NCBI GenBank assembly: GCA_965209035.1
Contig: OZ242372.1
Span: 1,184,001 to 1,248,000 of the forward strand
Direction of reading: 5' to 3'
DNA: 64,000 nt
DNA from: Gammaproteobacteria bacterium
GTDB taxonomy: Bacteria > Pseudomonadota > Gammaproteobacteria > CBDBNL01 > JAAOII01
Part shown: positions 30,856 to 40,987 of the stretch, piece after piece
How positions within the stretch are numbered: the first letter of the stretch is position 1
How the letters are laid out: each line of letters begins with the position of its first letter
Position numbers and translations under genes: made by a program
Notes under the pieces: model-generated
Told to the model about the DNA's origin: nothing
The model's input: only the letters and a program-made list of their open reading frames with translations
Databases searched by the model: none

Positions 30856-33000
30856 ATGTTTGCAAGGGTTTTCTCCGGTCAGGAGATTTTTCGTTTTGGG
30901 GGGTCTTGTTTGCTGTCGGTTGTGTTGGTGTTGTCGCCTGTTTCGGTTTATGCGAGCAATCACGATACCGCTTCGGTGAGTACTAGTGGGGAAGGTTTTC
31001 TTTCGTTGAATTTTCGCGATGTGGATATTCGTCAGTTCATAGAAAGTGTTTCCAAACTGACCAAGCGAAACTTTTTGATAGACAGCCGTGTTAAGGGTCG
31101 GGTTACGATCATTGCCGCCGAGCCCATTAGCAAAGAAGATCTTTACGATGTGATGCTTTCGGTGCTGCATTTTTACGGCTTTGCCGCCATCCCGGACGGG
31201 AGTATTACCAAGATTGTTACGGCGGCGGATGCGCCGCGTTTTCCGGCGTCCGAGGAGGAGAAGGAGCGTCACGCTTTTATTACCGAAGTGGTCAAGGTGA
31301 ATAACTTAAATGTGGCGGAATTAATTAAGGTGATTCGGCCGATGCTGTCGAAGCGGGCGACAGTGACCTCTTTGCCGAAGGGGGACAGCGTGGTGATTTC
31401 CGATACACAAAACAACTTGGCGCGGATCAAGGAAGTGATTAAGCGCGTGGATGTGGTGGGCATTTTTGATTATGAGGTGATCTCCGTGGAACATGCGCCG
31501 GTGGATTCGCTGATCGGGATGATCAACAACATTTACAAAAACAACAACAAGGCATTGAAACTGAATCTTCAAGCGGACAAGCGGACAAACCGTTTGATTG
31601 TCAGCGGCAGTGCCGAGGTGCGTCGAGCCGTTCGTTCCCTGGTGCGTTCTTTGGATACGCCGCTTACCAGCAGTGCAAACATTAAAGTGATTTATCTGCG
31701 TTATGCGGATGCCCAGAACCTGGCAAACATTTTGACGCGTCTGACTTCTTCGGATGCTTTTAAATCTGTGGCGGCCGCCGCGGGGCCGTCCGCCGCGGAG
31801 ACGCCCGCCGCTCAATCGACACAGCAGCCGACAACCCAACAGAATCAGCGGCAGACTCAACAACAGAAACAAGCCGCCACGGCCGCCGCAAATAAGGCAA
31901 GTTCGACAGGCTCCGCCGAGGTCAAGTCGGGTATTCAGGCGGATGTGGCATTAAATGCGCTGATCATTAGCGGTGGCGGAAACTTTATCTCCGCGGTGGA
32001 GGGAATTATCCGTCAATTGGATGTGGCGCGCGCGCAGGTGATCATTGAGGTGATCATCGCCGAGTTAACGGACACACTGACGCGCGAACTCGGGGTGGAC
32101 TGGATTTATAACAACCCGACCGGTGCGGGTGTGGTGGATTTGAGTTCGCGGCTCGGTGGTGCTCTCCCGGGCGTACTCAACGGAGGTTCGGCTGCCGGCG
32201 CGGCTCTGGGCTTGGCAAGAGGCGGGCTGGTTACGGGGGCTTTTTCCGGGACCGTGGAAAACGGCTGGGGGGCCCTGCTGCGGGTCTTAAATAGCGATCA
32301 GCGGGCAAACATTCTTTCAACGCCTTATATCGTCACTCTGGATAATGAGGAAGCATCCTTTACGGTTGGCGATAATGTTCCCTTTCGGGTTTCTTCCACG
32401 AACACGGATGGCAATAGAGTTGAAACTACGGAGCGACGCGATGTCGGCACAACTCTGGTGATCAAACCGCAGGTTACCGGCGGCGACAGTGTCAAACTGA
32501 ATATTAATCAGGAGGTTTCCAGCGTGCAGCAGGGGTCGGCGGGACCGGATGAGCAAGTGACCACATCCGTGCGTAAGATTGTAACTACTGTGCAGGTGCG
32601 CAGCGGCGGTTTAATTGTGCTGGGCGGTCTGCAGCGCGAAGAACAAACCGAAAACAGCAACAAGGTGCCCGGTTTGGGGGATATTCCTTATTTGGGACAT
32701 CTTTTTAAGAACCAGAATAGTCGACTTGTCAAGAGTAACCTGATGCTGTTCATGCGTCCGAGGATTATTAAAGACGAGGCGGCGATTGCCAGCATTAGTC
32801 ACGGCAAGTATAACAGTATTCGTCAGGAACAACTGAATTATCCCAGGTTTAATTCACTGTTCACGAGACGCCAGACACCCAAGTTGCGGGACCTGAGCAA
32901 AATGGGGTTGTTTACGGATTTTGGCAGAGCGCGGGCAGTTTCGGATCTGGTGGATCCGGCAAGTGTGACCGAGGACGCTGTGCCGACGAGTTTGCAATAG
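30856..33000 (+). CDS. gspD: Type II secretion secretin D
   Basis: LNFRDVDIRQFIESVS, QVIIEVIIAE, NILSTPYIVTLDNEEA, KVPGLGDIPYLGHLF. Confidence 0.96.
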   Translation: MFARVFSGQEIFRFGGSCLLSVVLVLSPVSVYASNHDTASVSTSGEGFLSLNFRDVDIRQFIESVSKLTKRNFLIDSRVKGRVTIIAAEPISKEDLYDVMLSVLHFYGFAAIPDGSITKIVTAADAPRFPASEEEKERHAFITEVVKVNNLNVAELIKVIRPMLSKRATVTSLPKGDSVVISDTQNNLARIKEVIKRVDVVGIFDYEVISVEHAPVDSLIGMINNIYKNNNKALKLNLQADKRTNRLIVSGSAEVRRAVRSLVRSLDTPLTSSANIKVIYLRYADAQNLANILTRLTSSDAFKSVAAAAGPSAAETPAAQSTQQPTTQQNQRQTQQQKQAATAAANKASSTGSAEVKSGIQADVALNALIISGGGNFISAVEGIIRQLDVARAQVIIEVIIAELTDTLTRELGVDWIYNNPTGAGVVDLSSRLGGALPGVLNGGSAAGAALGLARGGLVTGAFSGTVENGWGALLRVLNSDQRANILSTPYIVTLDNEEASFTVGDNVPFRVSSTNTDGNRVETTERRDVGTTLVIKPQVTGGDSVKLNINQEVSSVQQGSAGPDEQVTTSVRKIVTTVQVRSGGLIVLGGLQREEQTENSNKVPGLGDIPYLGHLFKNQNSRLVKSNLMLFMRPRIIKDEAAIASISHGKYNSIRQEQLNYPRFNSLFTRRQTPKLRDLSKMGLFTDFGRARAVSDLVDPASVTEDAVPTSLQ

Positions 33001-33009
33001 GCGATTAAA

Positions 33010-34497
33010 ATGAGCTCTGAAAATACCGCAGCCGCATCTGTCAAGGCAATTCCCTATCTGTTTGCCAAAGAGAAGGGAGTGTTTTTGGAACAGGACAAAG
33101 GTGAACCCAGAATCTGCTATCGGGCGGGTGTTTCGCCGGGTGTGATTCAAGAGGTGTCCCGGCATGTCGGCTGGGGGGTGCCGCACAGAATGTTGGATAA
33201 GCCGGAGTTTGAGAGACTGCTGCAAAAAAACTATGCGGAAGCCGAGCGCACCAAGGATCAGGAAATTGGCAAGGACTTTACCGACGAGGTGTTGGGTGAC
33301 GAGGATCTGACCAGAATTTTGGACGAACCGGACGATCTGTTGAACGCCCAGGACGATGCCCCGATCATTCGGTTGTTTAATTCTATTTTATTTGAGGCTA
33401 TTCGCGAAAAAGTTTCGGATATTCACATAGAGCCTTATGCCGAGCGGTTGGTGATTCGCTTTCGCTTGGACGGCGTTCTCAAGTCCTCTTTGAGTTCTAC
33501 CGTGAAGATTGCCCCTTTTTTGGTAACGCGCATCAAGGTTCTTGCCAGGCTGGATATTGCGGAAAAGCGGGTGCCGCAGGACGGCAGAATGAGTGTGCGA
33601 GTGGGGGGTAAAAATGTGGATCTGCGCATTTCCACCATTCCTTCCGCATACGGCGAAAGGGTGGTATTGCGTTTGTTGGACAAGGAAGAGAGCAATCTGG
33701 ACCTGGCGCAACTGGGTATGGACGATGCGCGCCGCGAGAAACTGGAAGAGTTAATTCAAAGACCCCACGGCATCATCCTGGTCACGGGTCCCACCGGTTC
33801 GGGTAAGACAACGACTCTGTATGCATGCCTGAAAAAATTGGATCACCAAAGGTTGAACATTATGACGGTGGAGGATCCGATTGAATATTATTTTGACGGC
33901 ATCAGCCAGACACAGGTTAACATGCGCGCCAACATGACCTTTGCCCGCGGGCTGCGCGCTATTTTGCGGCAGGATCCGGATGTGGTGCTTGTGGGTGAAA
34001 TTCGCGATACGGAAACCGCGAGCATCAGCGTGCAAGCCAGTTTGACCGGCCATTTGGTTCTTTCCACTTTGCATACCAACACGGCTGTGGGTGCGGTCAC
34101 CCGCCTGCGCGATATGGGGGTGGAGCCGTTTCTGTTGGCATCCACGGTGCAAGCGGTGATGTCTCAGCGATTGCTGCGCCGCCTTTGCGAAGAGTGCCGC
34201 GAACCCTACAAACCGAGCGCTTATGAAAAGAAAATACTTGGCGGGTCGCCGTCGCAACTTTATGCGGCGAAAGGATGCGAAAAATGTTACAAAACCGGTT
34301 ATAGCAAGCGTATTGCCATTTATGAGTTGGCGGAGGTGGACAAGACCCTGCGCGGGATGATCAATGAGAATGCGAGCGAACAGAAAATGGCGGATTACGC
34401 GCATTCTCAAACAAAGAGTATTCAACAAAATGCGTTTGATCTGGTGTGCGACGGAGTGACATCGTTTGCCGAGGCTGTTCGGGTGATTCGTGACTGA
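33010..34497 (+). CDS. gspE: Type II secretion ATPase E
   Basis: SDIHIEP, LDIAEKRVPQDGR, GPTGSGKTTTLY, LRQDPDVVLVGEIRD, CEEC/CEKC. Confidence 0.97.
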   Translation: MSSENTAAASVKAIPYLFAKEKGVFLEQDKGEPRICYRAGVSPGVIQEVSRHVGWGVPHRMLDKPEFERLLQKNYAEAERTKDQEIGKDFTDEVLGDEDLTRILDEPDDLLNAQDDAPIIRLFNSILFEAIREKVSDIHIEPYAERLVIRFRLDGVLKSSLSSTVKIAPFLVTRIKVLARLDIAEKRVPQDGRMSVRVGGKNVDLRISTIPSAYGERVVLRLLDKEESNLDLAQLGMDDARREKLEELIQRPHGIILVTGPTGSGKTTTLYACLKKLDHQRLNIMTVEDPIEYYFDGISQTQVNMRANMTFARGLRAILRQDPDVVLVGEIRDTETASISVQASLTGHLVLSTLHTNTAVGAVTRLRDMGVEPFLLASTVQAVMSQRLLRRLCEECREPYKPSAYEKKILGGSPSQLYAAKGCEKCYKTGYSKRIAIYELAEVDKTLRGMINENASEQKMADYAHSQTKSIQQNAFDLVCDGVTSFAEAVRVIRD

Positions 34498-35720
34498 TGG
34501 CAAGCTTTGAATATCAGGCATATGATGCGGTCGGCAAACTTCGCAAGGGATTGATAGAAGCCGATTCGCCGCGTCTTGCCCGCCAGGCTCTGCGGGCGCG
34601 CGGCCTGTTTCCGTTGCGTATAGAAACCGGCCGAGCCAAGAACAAGGAGCGGAATTCCGATCTCTTGGTGCGGTTGTTTCATCGCAAGTTGCCGCCCGCC
34701 GACTTAATTTTGATGACGCGGCAATTGGCGACCCTGACCGGTTCCGGTATGCCGTTGGAACGCAGTTTGAATATGATTGCCGAGCAGGCGGACAGCCGGA
34801 TGCTGCGGCGGGTGGTTACCGCGGTGCGAACGGATGTGTCCGAGGGGATTGCTTTTTCGCAAGCATTGAGGAGGCTGCCGCAGAAGTTACCGGACGAGTA
34901 CATCGCGGCGATTAATGCCGGCGAAGAGAGCGGCGACATGGCAAAGATTTTGGAGCGGTTGGCGGAAGACATCGAAGAACTGGACAGGACGCGCCAGACT
35001 CTGACCTCCGCAATGGTGTATCCGGCGGTGATGCTGTTTGTTTCAGTCGGTATTATTATTCTTTTGATGGTGTATGTGGTCCCGCAGGTGACCGAGGTGT
35101 TTGCTTCGCAAAAGCAGGAGTTGCCGTTTATGACCAAAACGCTGATCGCCGTCAGTGCCTTTTTGCGCGCTTACAGTTCGGTGTTGCTTTTGTTGATTGC
35201 CGCGGCGGTGTTCGGTTTTTCTTATGCGTTGCGTCAAAAAGAGTTTCGCTATCGGTATGATCGGTTTTTGGTGCGGTTGCCGCTGTTGGGTTCTTGGATT
35301 ACGATGAGCACGGTCGGACGATGGTCGCGCAGCCTGGGGGTGCTGCTTGCGGGCGGCGTGCCGGGACTGCGCTCGTTGCAGATCGCGGCGCGCAGTGTGG
35401 GTAATACTTATCTGCGACAACATATGGAGGATGCCAATCGTCATGTGAGCGAAGGAATGAGTATTAACAAGGCACTGGCAAAGTGCGGGGTGTTTCCCGG
35501 GTTTCTGATTTACATGATCAGCAGCGGCGAACAAAGCGGAAACTTGGACGGGATGTTGATTAAGTGCTCGGAATACTACGGCCAACGCCTTAAGACGGTC
35601 ACCCAGTCGGCCTTGCGGATTTTTGAACCTATGTTAATTCTGTTTATGGGGATGATGGTTCTTATGATTATTTTGGCAATTCTGTTGCCTATTTTTCAAA
35701 TCAATCAACTGGTATTTTGA
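34497..35720 (+). CDS. gspF: Type II secretion inner-membrane protein F
   Basis: TRQLATL..G, AGEESG, AMVYP, GEQSGNL, EPMLIL. Confidence 0.96.
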   Translation: MASFEYQAYDAVGKLRKGLIEADSPRLARQALRARGLFPLRIETGRAKNKERNSDLLVRLFHRKLPPADLILMTRQLATLTGSGMPLERSLNMIAEQADSRMLRRVVTAVRTDVSEGIAFSQALRRLPQKLPDEYIAAINAGEESGDMAKILERLAEDIEELDRTRQTLTSAMVYPAVMLFVSVGIIILLMVYVVPQVTEVFASQKQELPFMTKTLIAVSAFLRAYSSVLLLLIAAAVFGFSYALRQKEFRYRYDRFLVRLPLLGSWITMSTVGRWSRSLGVLLAGGVPGLRSLQIAARSVGNTYLRQHMEDANRHVSEGMSINKALAKCGVFPGFLIYMISSGEQSGNLDGMLIKCSEYYGQRLKTVTQSALRIFEPMLILFMGMMVLMIILAILLPIFQINQLVF

Positions 35721-35733
35721 CAAACAAAACGAT

Positions 35734-36177
35734 ATGATGAAACAAACAAAACAACAGGCCGCAAGTTTGAAAAGACAGCGCGGTGTCACTCTGATAGAAC
35801 TTTTGGTGGTATTGGTGATCATTGCCATTTTGGCGGCGACTATCATCCCCAATTTTTTTGACGCACCGGACAAGGCGCGCGTTGTGCGCGCCAAACAAGA
35901 TGTTCGCTCGCTGGAAAATGCTCTTCTCTTATATAAATTAGACAACTTTAATTATCCGTCCGGCTTGCAAGATCTGGTGCAAAAACCGGCAAATGCCGCC
36001 AACTGGAAACAGGGCGGATATTTGGAACGCTTGCCGAAGGACCCTTGGGGCAATGACTATCAATATAGCAATCCGGGCCAACACGGAACCATAGATATCT
36101 ATTCTTTTGGCGCCGACGGGGGTGCGGGTGGCTCGGGAGTCGATTCGGATCTGGGGAACTGGAATCTGGACCAATAG
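35734..36177 (+). CDS. gspG: Major pseudopilin G
   Basis: G|VTLIELLVV, LYKLDNFNYP, LPKDPWGNDYQY, DIYSFGADG. Confidence 0.97.
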   Translation: MMKQTKQQAASLKRQRGVTLIELLVVLVIIAILAATIIPNFFDAPDKARVVRAKQDVRSLENALLLYKLDNFNYPSGLQDLVQKPANAANWKQGGYLERLPKDPWGNDYQYSNPGQHGTIDIYSFGADGGAGGSGVDSDLGNWNLDQ

Positions 36178-36184
36178 GCAGTCG

Positions 36185-36895
36185 GTGCGCTTCGATCAGC
36201 AAGGTTTCACACTGATAGAACTATTAGTTGTTCTTGCGGTCATGGGAGCCCTGGTCGGCGCTTTGGTGTTTTTTGCCTTGCCGTCTTCGTTGCAAGGGGA
36301 AAAGAGAAAAGCCCGGCAAACCTATGAACTGATGCAAGAAATTCGACTGCGTTCTGTCATGCAGCGACGGATCTTTGGGTTGGATGTTCCGGATGAAGAG
36401 AGGATCCTGCAAGTTGTGGTTTTGGATTCGGGTGGCGCGGCGTTTGTGACATCGGCACCGGTTACGGGCGATGATGCTTTTGCGGAGTCACTTCCCGGTA
36501 ACGCAGACAACGCAGAGGAAGACGAAAAACCGAGGGCGCCGACCGCGGCCGAGCGAAAGCAGCTCGCCGCTTCGCTTGGTTTAATTGGACAAACCGGTTC
36601 CGCCGACTGGAAACTGGCAGAAAATTATGATGCCATTGATTTTGGGGAAGGGGGTATTACTTTTTTTGCACAGACGGAAGACACCGACCTTGCGCGGCGC
36701 AGCGAGGAAATTCGCTCCAATCTTGCCGAGGAACTCGGCACAGACGAGGAGTCGCCGCTGAGTCCGGAATTGGTTTTTTTTCCGGACGGCAAGCTGAGTG
36801 CGCCCGGAAGTTTGCGACTGATTTCCGGGGAAGACAATGTGATCTATGCGTTCAGTTGGGATACTGCGGGAAACTTTGAACTCGAAAAACAATAG
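36185..36895 (+). CDS. gspH: Minor pseudopilin H
   Basis: G|FTLIELLVVL, C-terminal LVFFPDG; GTG start inferred. Confidence 0.85.
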   Translation: MRFDQQGFTLIELLVVLAVMGALVGALVFFALPSSLQGEKRKARQTYELMQEIRLRSVMQRRIFGLDVPDEERILQVVVLDSGGAAFVTSAPVTGDDAFAESLPGNADNAEEDEKPRAPTAAERKQLAASLGLIGQTGSADWKLAENYDAIDFGEGGITFFAQTEDTDLARRSEEIRSNLAEELGTDEESPLSPELVFFPDGKLSAPGSLRLISGEDNVIYAFSWDTAGNFELEKQ

Positions 36896-37256
36896 TCGCG
36901 GCTTTACTTTGGTGGAGGTAATGGTGGCGCTTGCCGTCGCTGCCATCGCTTTGTCCGTGCTGGTCCACGGGCTGAGCCGCTATGCGAATCAGCATGTGCA
37001 TCTGCGCGAGGCGATCATTGCGCGGAGTATCGGCGGCGGCTATCTGACCAGATATGTGTTGGAACCGGATTATGTTCCGCCCGAATATGTGGAAAATGCC
37101 GGCACTTCCTGGGAGTTGAATTTTGAAGAAGAGGAGTTTTTCTTTCGCGATCTGGACGGTCTAACCAAGGTGACCTTGCGGATTTCCGACGGGGAGGAAA
37201 GACAGATTGCCACCTTGCAGGCGATCGTTCACAGACCCGAGTTAACACTCCAATGA
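36876..37256 (+). CDS. gspI: Minor pseudopilin I
   Basis: RG|FTLVEVMVALAV; operon position; TTG start inferred. Confidence 0.85.
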   Translation: MNSKNNSRGFTLVEVMVALAVAAIALSVLVHGLSRYANQHVHLREAIIARSIGGGYLTRYVLEPDYVPPEYVENAGTSWELNFEEEEFFFRDLDGLTKVTLRISDGEERQIATLQAIVHRPELTLQ

Positions 37257-37987
37257 GTTGTCCGCACAGGCCGGTCGTGCCGGGCCCTTTTTACGGTTCT
37301 TCTGTTTCTTCTTCCGCTCCTCCCCCCGCTTGCGAGAGAGGGTTCACTCTCATAGAACTGATGGTCGCGGTGACATTGCTTGCGGTTTTGTTGGTGATGG
37401 TTTTTTCGGCGACAAGCTCGGCTCTGCGGAGTTTTGATCGGCTGACGGACGGCACCGGCCGTCAGACGCAGTTGGCGAGCGCGTTGAGCATCATTAATGA
37501 TGACTTTTATAATCTTGTGCCCCGTCCGGTTCGCACCGGGCAGAATACCCACAGAGAGTCGTTTCGGATGCGCGGGTCGGAAGAACTTTTCTTTGTGGAG
37601 TTTACGCGCGGCGGTCTGCCCGTTTACGACATACCGCCGACACAATTGAAGCGTATGAACCTGGCGAGTCCGCAGACGGGAATGGCCCGAGTGGCCTATC
37701 GGTTTACCGAAGAGGGACTTTACAGATACGAATGGGGGGTGTTGGATGCGGAGCATTTTCCCGAAGAGGAGACGGAGATGCATCGCACTTTAATTCTTGA
37801 AAAAGTGGACGATATTCAAATTCTTTCTTACAGCCGCGACAAGGACGGTGCACTGCGCGCAGAGACGGTTTGGCCGCCGGTTAAGTCGGACAAAAGAAAA
37901 GCAATGAAGGAGTTGCCTAAGGCGGTTTCGCTGTTGATCCGGTTACAGGATATGGGTGAGATAGAACTTTTTTACGCGACTTCCTAA
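37253..37987 (+). CDS. gspJ: Minor pseudopilin J
   Basis: RG|FTLIELMVAV, EFTRGG, RVAYR, LPKAVSL. Confidence 0.88.
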   Translation: MSCPHRPVVPGPFYGSSVSSSAPPPACERGFTLIELMVAVTLLAVLLVMVFSATSSALRSFDRLTDGTGRQTQLASALSIINDDFYNLVPRPVRTGQNTHRESFRMRGSEELFFVEFTRGGLPVYDIPPTQLKRMNLASPQTGMARVAYRFTEEGLYRYEWGVLDAEHFPEEETEMHRTLILEKVDDIQILSYSRDKDGALRAETVWPPVKSDKRKAMKELPKAVSLLIRLQDMGEIELFYATS

Positions 37988-38064
37988 GACAGTTCCTAAA
38001 ACAGTTCCTGAGACAGTTCCTGAGATAATTCCTGAGATAATTCCTGAGATAATTCCTGAGACAG
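37981..38064 (+). repeat. 7 x 12-bp tandem repeat starting at the gspJ stop codon
   Basis: TTCCT(A/G)AGA(C/T)A(G/A)-like units at 37981, 37993, ... 38053. Confidence 0.9.
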
Positions 38065-38090
38065 TAAAGAGGAGCAGAGTACCGAATAGC

Positions 38091-39059
38091 ATGCCGCAAA
38101 CACAGAAAAGACAAAAGGGGCAAAAAAGACAAGAGCGGCAGCGAGGCATCGCCTTGGTCAGCGTGCTCGGAGTGATTGCAATGATTACCGCCATCATTGC
38201 GGGATTGGCCTATCGCCAGCAACTGAGTATTAATTTGCAGGGCTATGCGTTGCAGAAGAGTGCCGGCGCCTTGGCAATCCTGTCGGCGGAGCAGATGGCG
38301 GCGGCGATTCTTGCGGACAAAAACAAGGAGCGCGCACAGAGCAGTTATGATGATCACGATGAGGGTTGGGCCGAGCCGGTGGTTGGCGCGGATGTTGGCG
38401 GGGTTAATCTTACCTTTATGATTTTTGACGCCCAGGCCAACTTCAATGTTAATAATGTGAATGCGCGCAGCGGCAGTGACAGGGCGGTCGCCAGACGTGT
38501 TCTGCGCACCTTGCTTAATCGGTATGGTAGCACACACAATGATATCAATGATTGGGTTTCCGAACGAAAAATTATTTCAAAAGACCGGGTTTACTTGGCA
38601 GCCGGCCCGGAATTTGATTCCTATCGGATGGGGAACACCGAGATGGTGAGTTTGCACGAACTGCGGTTGATCGCCGGCTTGCGTAAACGGGAAACCTTGG
38701 AAAGCGATATCGTCAAATTTGAGGATTATTTTTCTTTTTTTCCGATTCATCGTGCGTTTGTTAAGGTGAATGTCAATACGGCGGACGACGCGCTATTAAC
38801 GGAGTTGTTGCGGTATTTTGGCGCGGCGAACAGGGTGGCGGGCATTTTGGATGCGCGGCCCTATGGACGGGCGGCGAGCTTTTGTGCGCGCGTGCGCTCC
38901 AGAAAGGGTGATTGTCGCCGGTTGTTTGATACCAAGAGCTCCTATTTTTATGTTTTTTCGAGAGTGCAAATGGGGGATACGGTGCTGCATTCCCGCAGTT
39001 TGCTTAAGAGGACAAAATCCGGCGCCGAGACGGTCATGCGCCAGGTGCGGACTCTGTAA
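38091..39059 (+). CDS. gspK: Minor pseudopilin K
   Basis: QRG|IALVSVL, DEGWA, DAQANFNVN, ELRLIAG, VNVNTA. Confidence 0.92.
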   Translation: MPQTQKRQKGQKRQERQRGIALVSVLGVIAMITAIIAGLAYRQQLSINLQGYALQKSAGALAILSAEQMAAAILADKNKERAQSSYDDHDEGWAEPVVGADVGGVNLTFMIFDAQANFNVNNVNARSGSDRAVARRVLRTLLNRYGSTHNDINDWVSERKIISKDRVYLAAGPEFDSYRMGNTEMVSLHELRLIAGLRKRETLESDIVKFEDYFSFFPIHRAFVKVNVNTADDALLTELLRYFGAANRVAGILDARPYGRAASFCARVRSRKGDCRRLFDTKSSYFYVFSRVQMGDTVLHSRSLLKRTKSGAETVMRQVRTL

Positions 39060-39061
39060 AA

Positions 39062-40264
39062 ATGATGAAGGCAACCGAAAGTCCATATAGTTTTTATATT
39101 GCCGCAGACGGCAAGGTCAGTTTGCCGCACCTGGGCCGACAGGTGACCGGCACGGACGCCTCTCTTGAAAGTAACCCGCAGTTGGCGGGCTGGGTTGCGA
39201 GCGAACACTTTACCTTTCTTTCCTGTAGCCTGCCGACACGCAATCGTGCCAAGATTCTGAAAACCCTGCCCTATGCCCTGGAAGAGTTTCTGATTGACGA
39301 TGTGGATGCCTGTCATTTTACGCCGATCATTTCTTCCGTTGCCGGGGCGGCGACGCAAACACATGTTGTGGCGAAGACCAAAATGCGGGAATGGAAGGAT
39401 CTGCTGAAGGCGTTACGAATAGAGCCTTTGGGCATTTACCCGGATATTTACGCTCTGCCGCACAAAGAAAAAACGATTACCGCATTTGTCGGCAAGGGGC
39501 GTTGTTTGGCGCGCACTTCGGACGGCGAAGGGTTTTGCGGGAGAGGCGAGTTGTTTGTCCGGATGTTACTCGGGATGGCAAAGGATCAAAACAAAGAAAT
39601 TGAGATCATTAGCGATATGGGAAAGAAGTTGCCGGCGTCGCTGCGCGGTTGTTCGGTGACTGATGTCGGCAGTTTTGAAGAATTTTTGGCACAGGCGGAG
39701 TTCCCGCCGCCGGAATTTAACGCGATGCACGGCGACTATGCGCCGGGGGTGCGTGTGCGCAAGGAGGAGCATTTTTCCCGGCACGCGCTTGCTTGGGTGG
39801 CTACTTTTTGTGTGGCATTGTTGTTGGCACAGCAACCTCTTGCCATTCGCGAGGACAAAAAACTTCTGAGCGAACAACAGGCGCGCAATGCCGAGTTGTA
39901 TCGTCAGATGTTTGATGCCGAACCCTCGGATCCGAGTCAACTGCGCGGCAGCGCGTTGGCGGCGATGGAGACCATCGCGGAAGGTTCCGCCGCCGGCGAA
40001 ACAGATCCGATCTGGGAGCGGGTGAGCATTGTTGCTTCGGTTTTAAATAATTGCCCGAGTTGTGTGGTTACTTCTTTTGATACAAAGGAAGGGAGCAGGC
40101 GTATTAACATTAAACTTTTGGCGAAGACAAAAGACCCGGTGCAAAAGAAATCTTTTGAGAACTTGGGTTGGCGTATTCTGCGCTGGCGGGACAAGAAAGA
40201 AGCACTGCCGGACAAGCGGCCGCCTTTGCATGCTTTGGAAATTATTGCCGAAGAAAGACAGTGA
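39062..40264 (+). CDS. gspL: Type II secretion protein L
   Basis: LPYALEEFLIDDVDACHF, IYPDIYALP, single TM segment; operon position. Confidence 0.88.
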   Translation: MMKATESPYSFYIAADGKVSLPHLGRQVTGTDASLESNPQLAGWVASEHFTFLSCSLPTRNRAKILKTLPYALEEFLIDDVDACHFTPIISSVAGAATQTHVVAKTKMREWKDLLKALRIEPLGIYPDIYALPHKEKTITAFVGKGRCLARTSDGEGFCGRGELFVRMLLGMAKDQNKEIEIISDMGKKLPASLRGCSVTDVGSFEEFLAQAEFPPPEFNAMHGDYAPGVRVRKEEHFSRHALAWVATFCVALLLAQQPLAIREDKKLLSEQQARNAELYRQMFDAEPSDPSQLRGSALAAMETIAEGSAAGETDPIWERVSIVASVLNNCPSCVVTSFDTKEGSRRINIKLLAKTKDPVQKKSFENLGWRILRWRDKKEALPDKRPPLHALEIIAEERQ

Positions 40265-40950
40265 GAGCGAAAGACACCGCGGATTGGGAGTCACCGGTCG
40301 ACGGAAAGTCCGAAGAGGTGATGAAAAAACGCACTGGCGGACGATTTGAGTTTCTTCGTTTCGGCGGGGCTCGCCAATATTTGAATCGTCCCGTTAAGGT
40401 TAAGAAAGCGACAAAAGTGGCGGGAGCGGCAAAAAGGGAATCACTGTCCGCTTTTGCGTTGCGGCATGCACAGCTGCCGGTTGCTCGTTTGAGACCCCTG
40501 GCGGAGTATTATCGGGCGCGCAGCCGGCGAGAGCAAGTTTTAATTTTGGCCGGTGCGGGGTTGGCGGCGGGTTGGCTGCTGTGGGCTCAAGTTGTCAGTC
40601 CCTATGCGAGTTATCGCGAGTCTTTGCGCGCTGCCTATCGGGATGCCCGTCTTGAATATGCATGGTTGGAGGAGCAGATCCCCCGTCTTGATTCTCTTTT
40701 GAAGCAGCGGGGCAGCCGTAAGGACCTGTTGGGTGATCCCGCCGAGTTTGTGCGCGGTCGGCTTGCGGATGCCCGGGTCTCCGTCGGGGATGACGGGGTT
40801 TATACTGTTGCTTGGAAGGGGGGCGATGGCAAGAAATTTTTTGCCGTGATCGGCGCGATGACCGGCTACGGGGTATCTCTTAAAAGTATTTCCGTGAAAC
40901 GCAGTAACGCCAAGAACAAGGAGGCTGAGTTTTCGGCTTCCTTAAAATAA
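40261..40950 (+). CDS. gspM: Type II secretion protein M
   Basis: RSRREQVLIL-TM-P motif; operon position; start uncertain (40261 or 40321). Confidence 0.75.
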   Translation: MRAKDTADWESPVDGKSEEVMKKRTGGRFEFLRFGGARQYLNRPVKVKKATKVAGAAKRESLSAFALRHAQLPVARLRPLAEYYRARSRREQVLILAGAGLAAGWLLWAQVVSPYASYRESLRAAYRDARLEYAWLEEQIPRLDSLLKQRGSRKDLLGDPAEFVRGRLADARVSVGDDGVYTVAWKGGDGKKFFAVIGAMTGYGVSLKSISVKRSNAKNKEAEFSASLK

Positions 40951-40987
40951 AATATTAAAAATTGATCCGCCCGTGAAAATATTTTGA

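Noticed and set aside
37981-38064. Short repeat arrays (also 43241-43340) as mini-CRISPR
   Set aside because: Contiguous 11-12-bp units without spacers.
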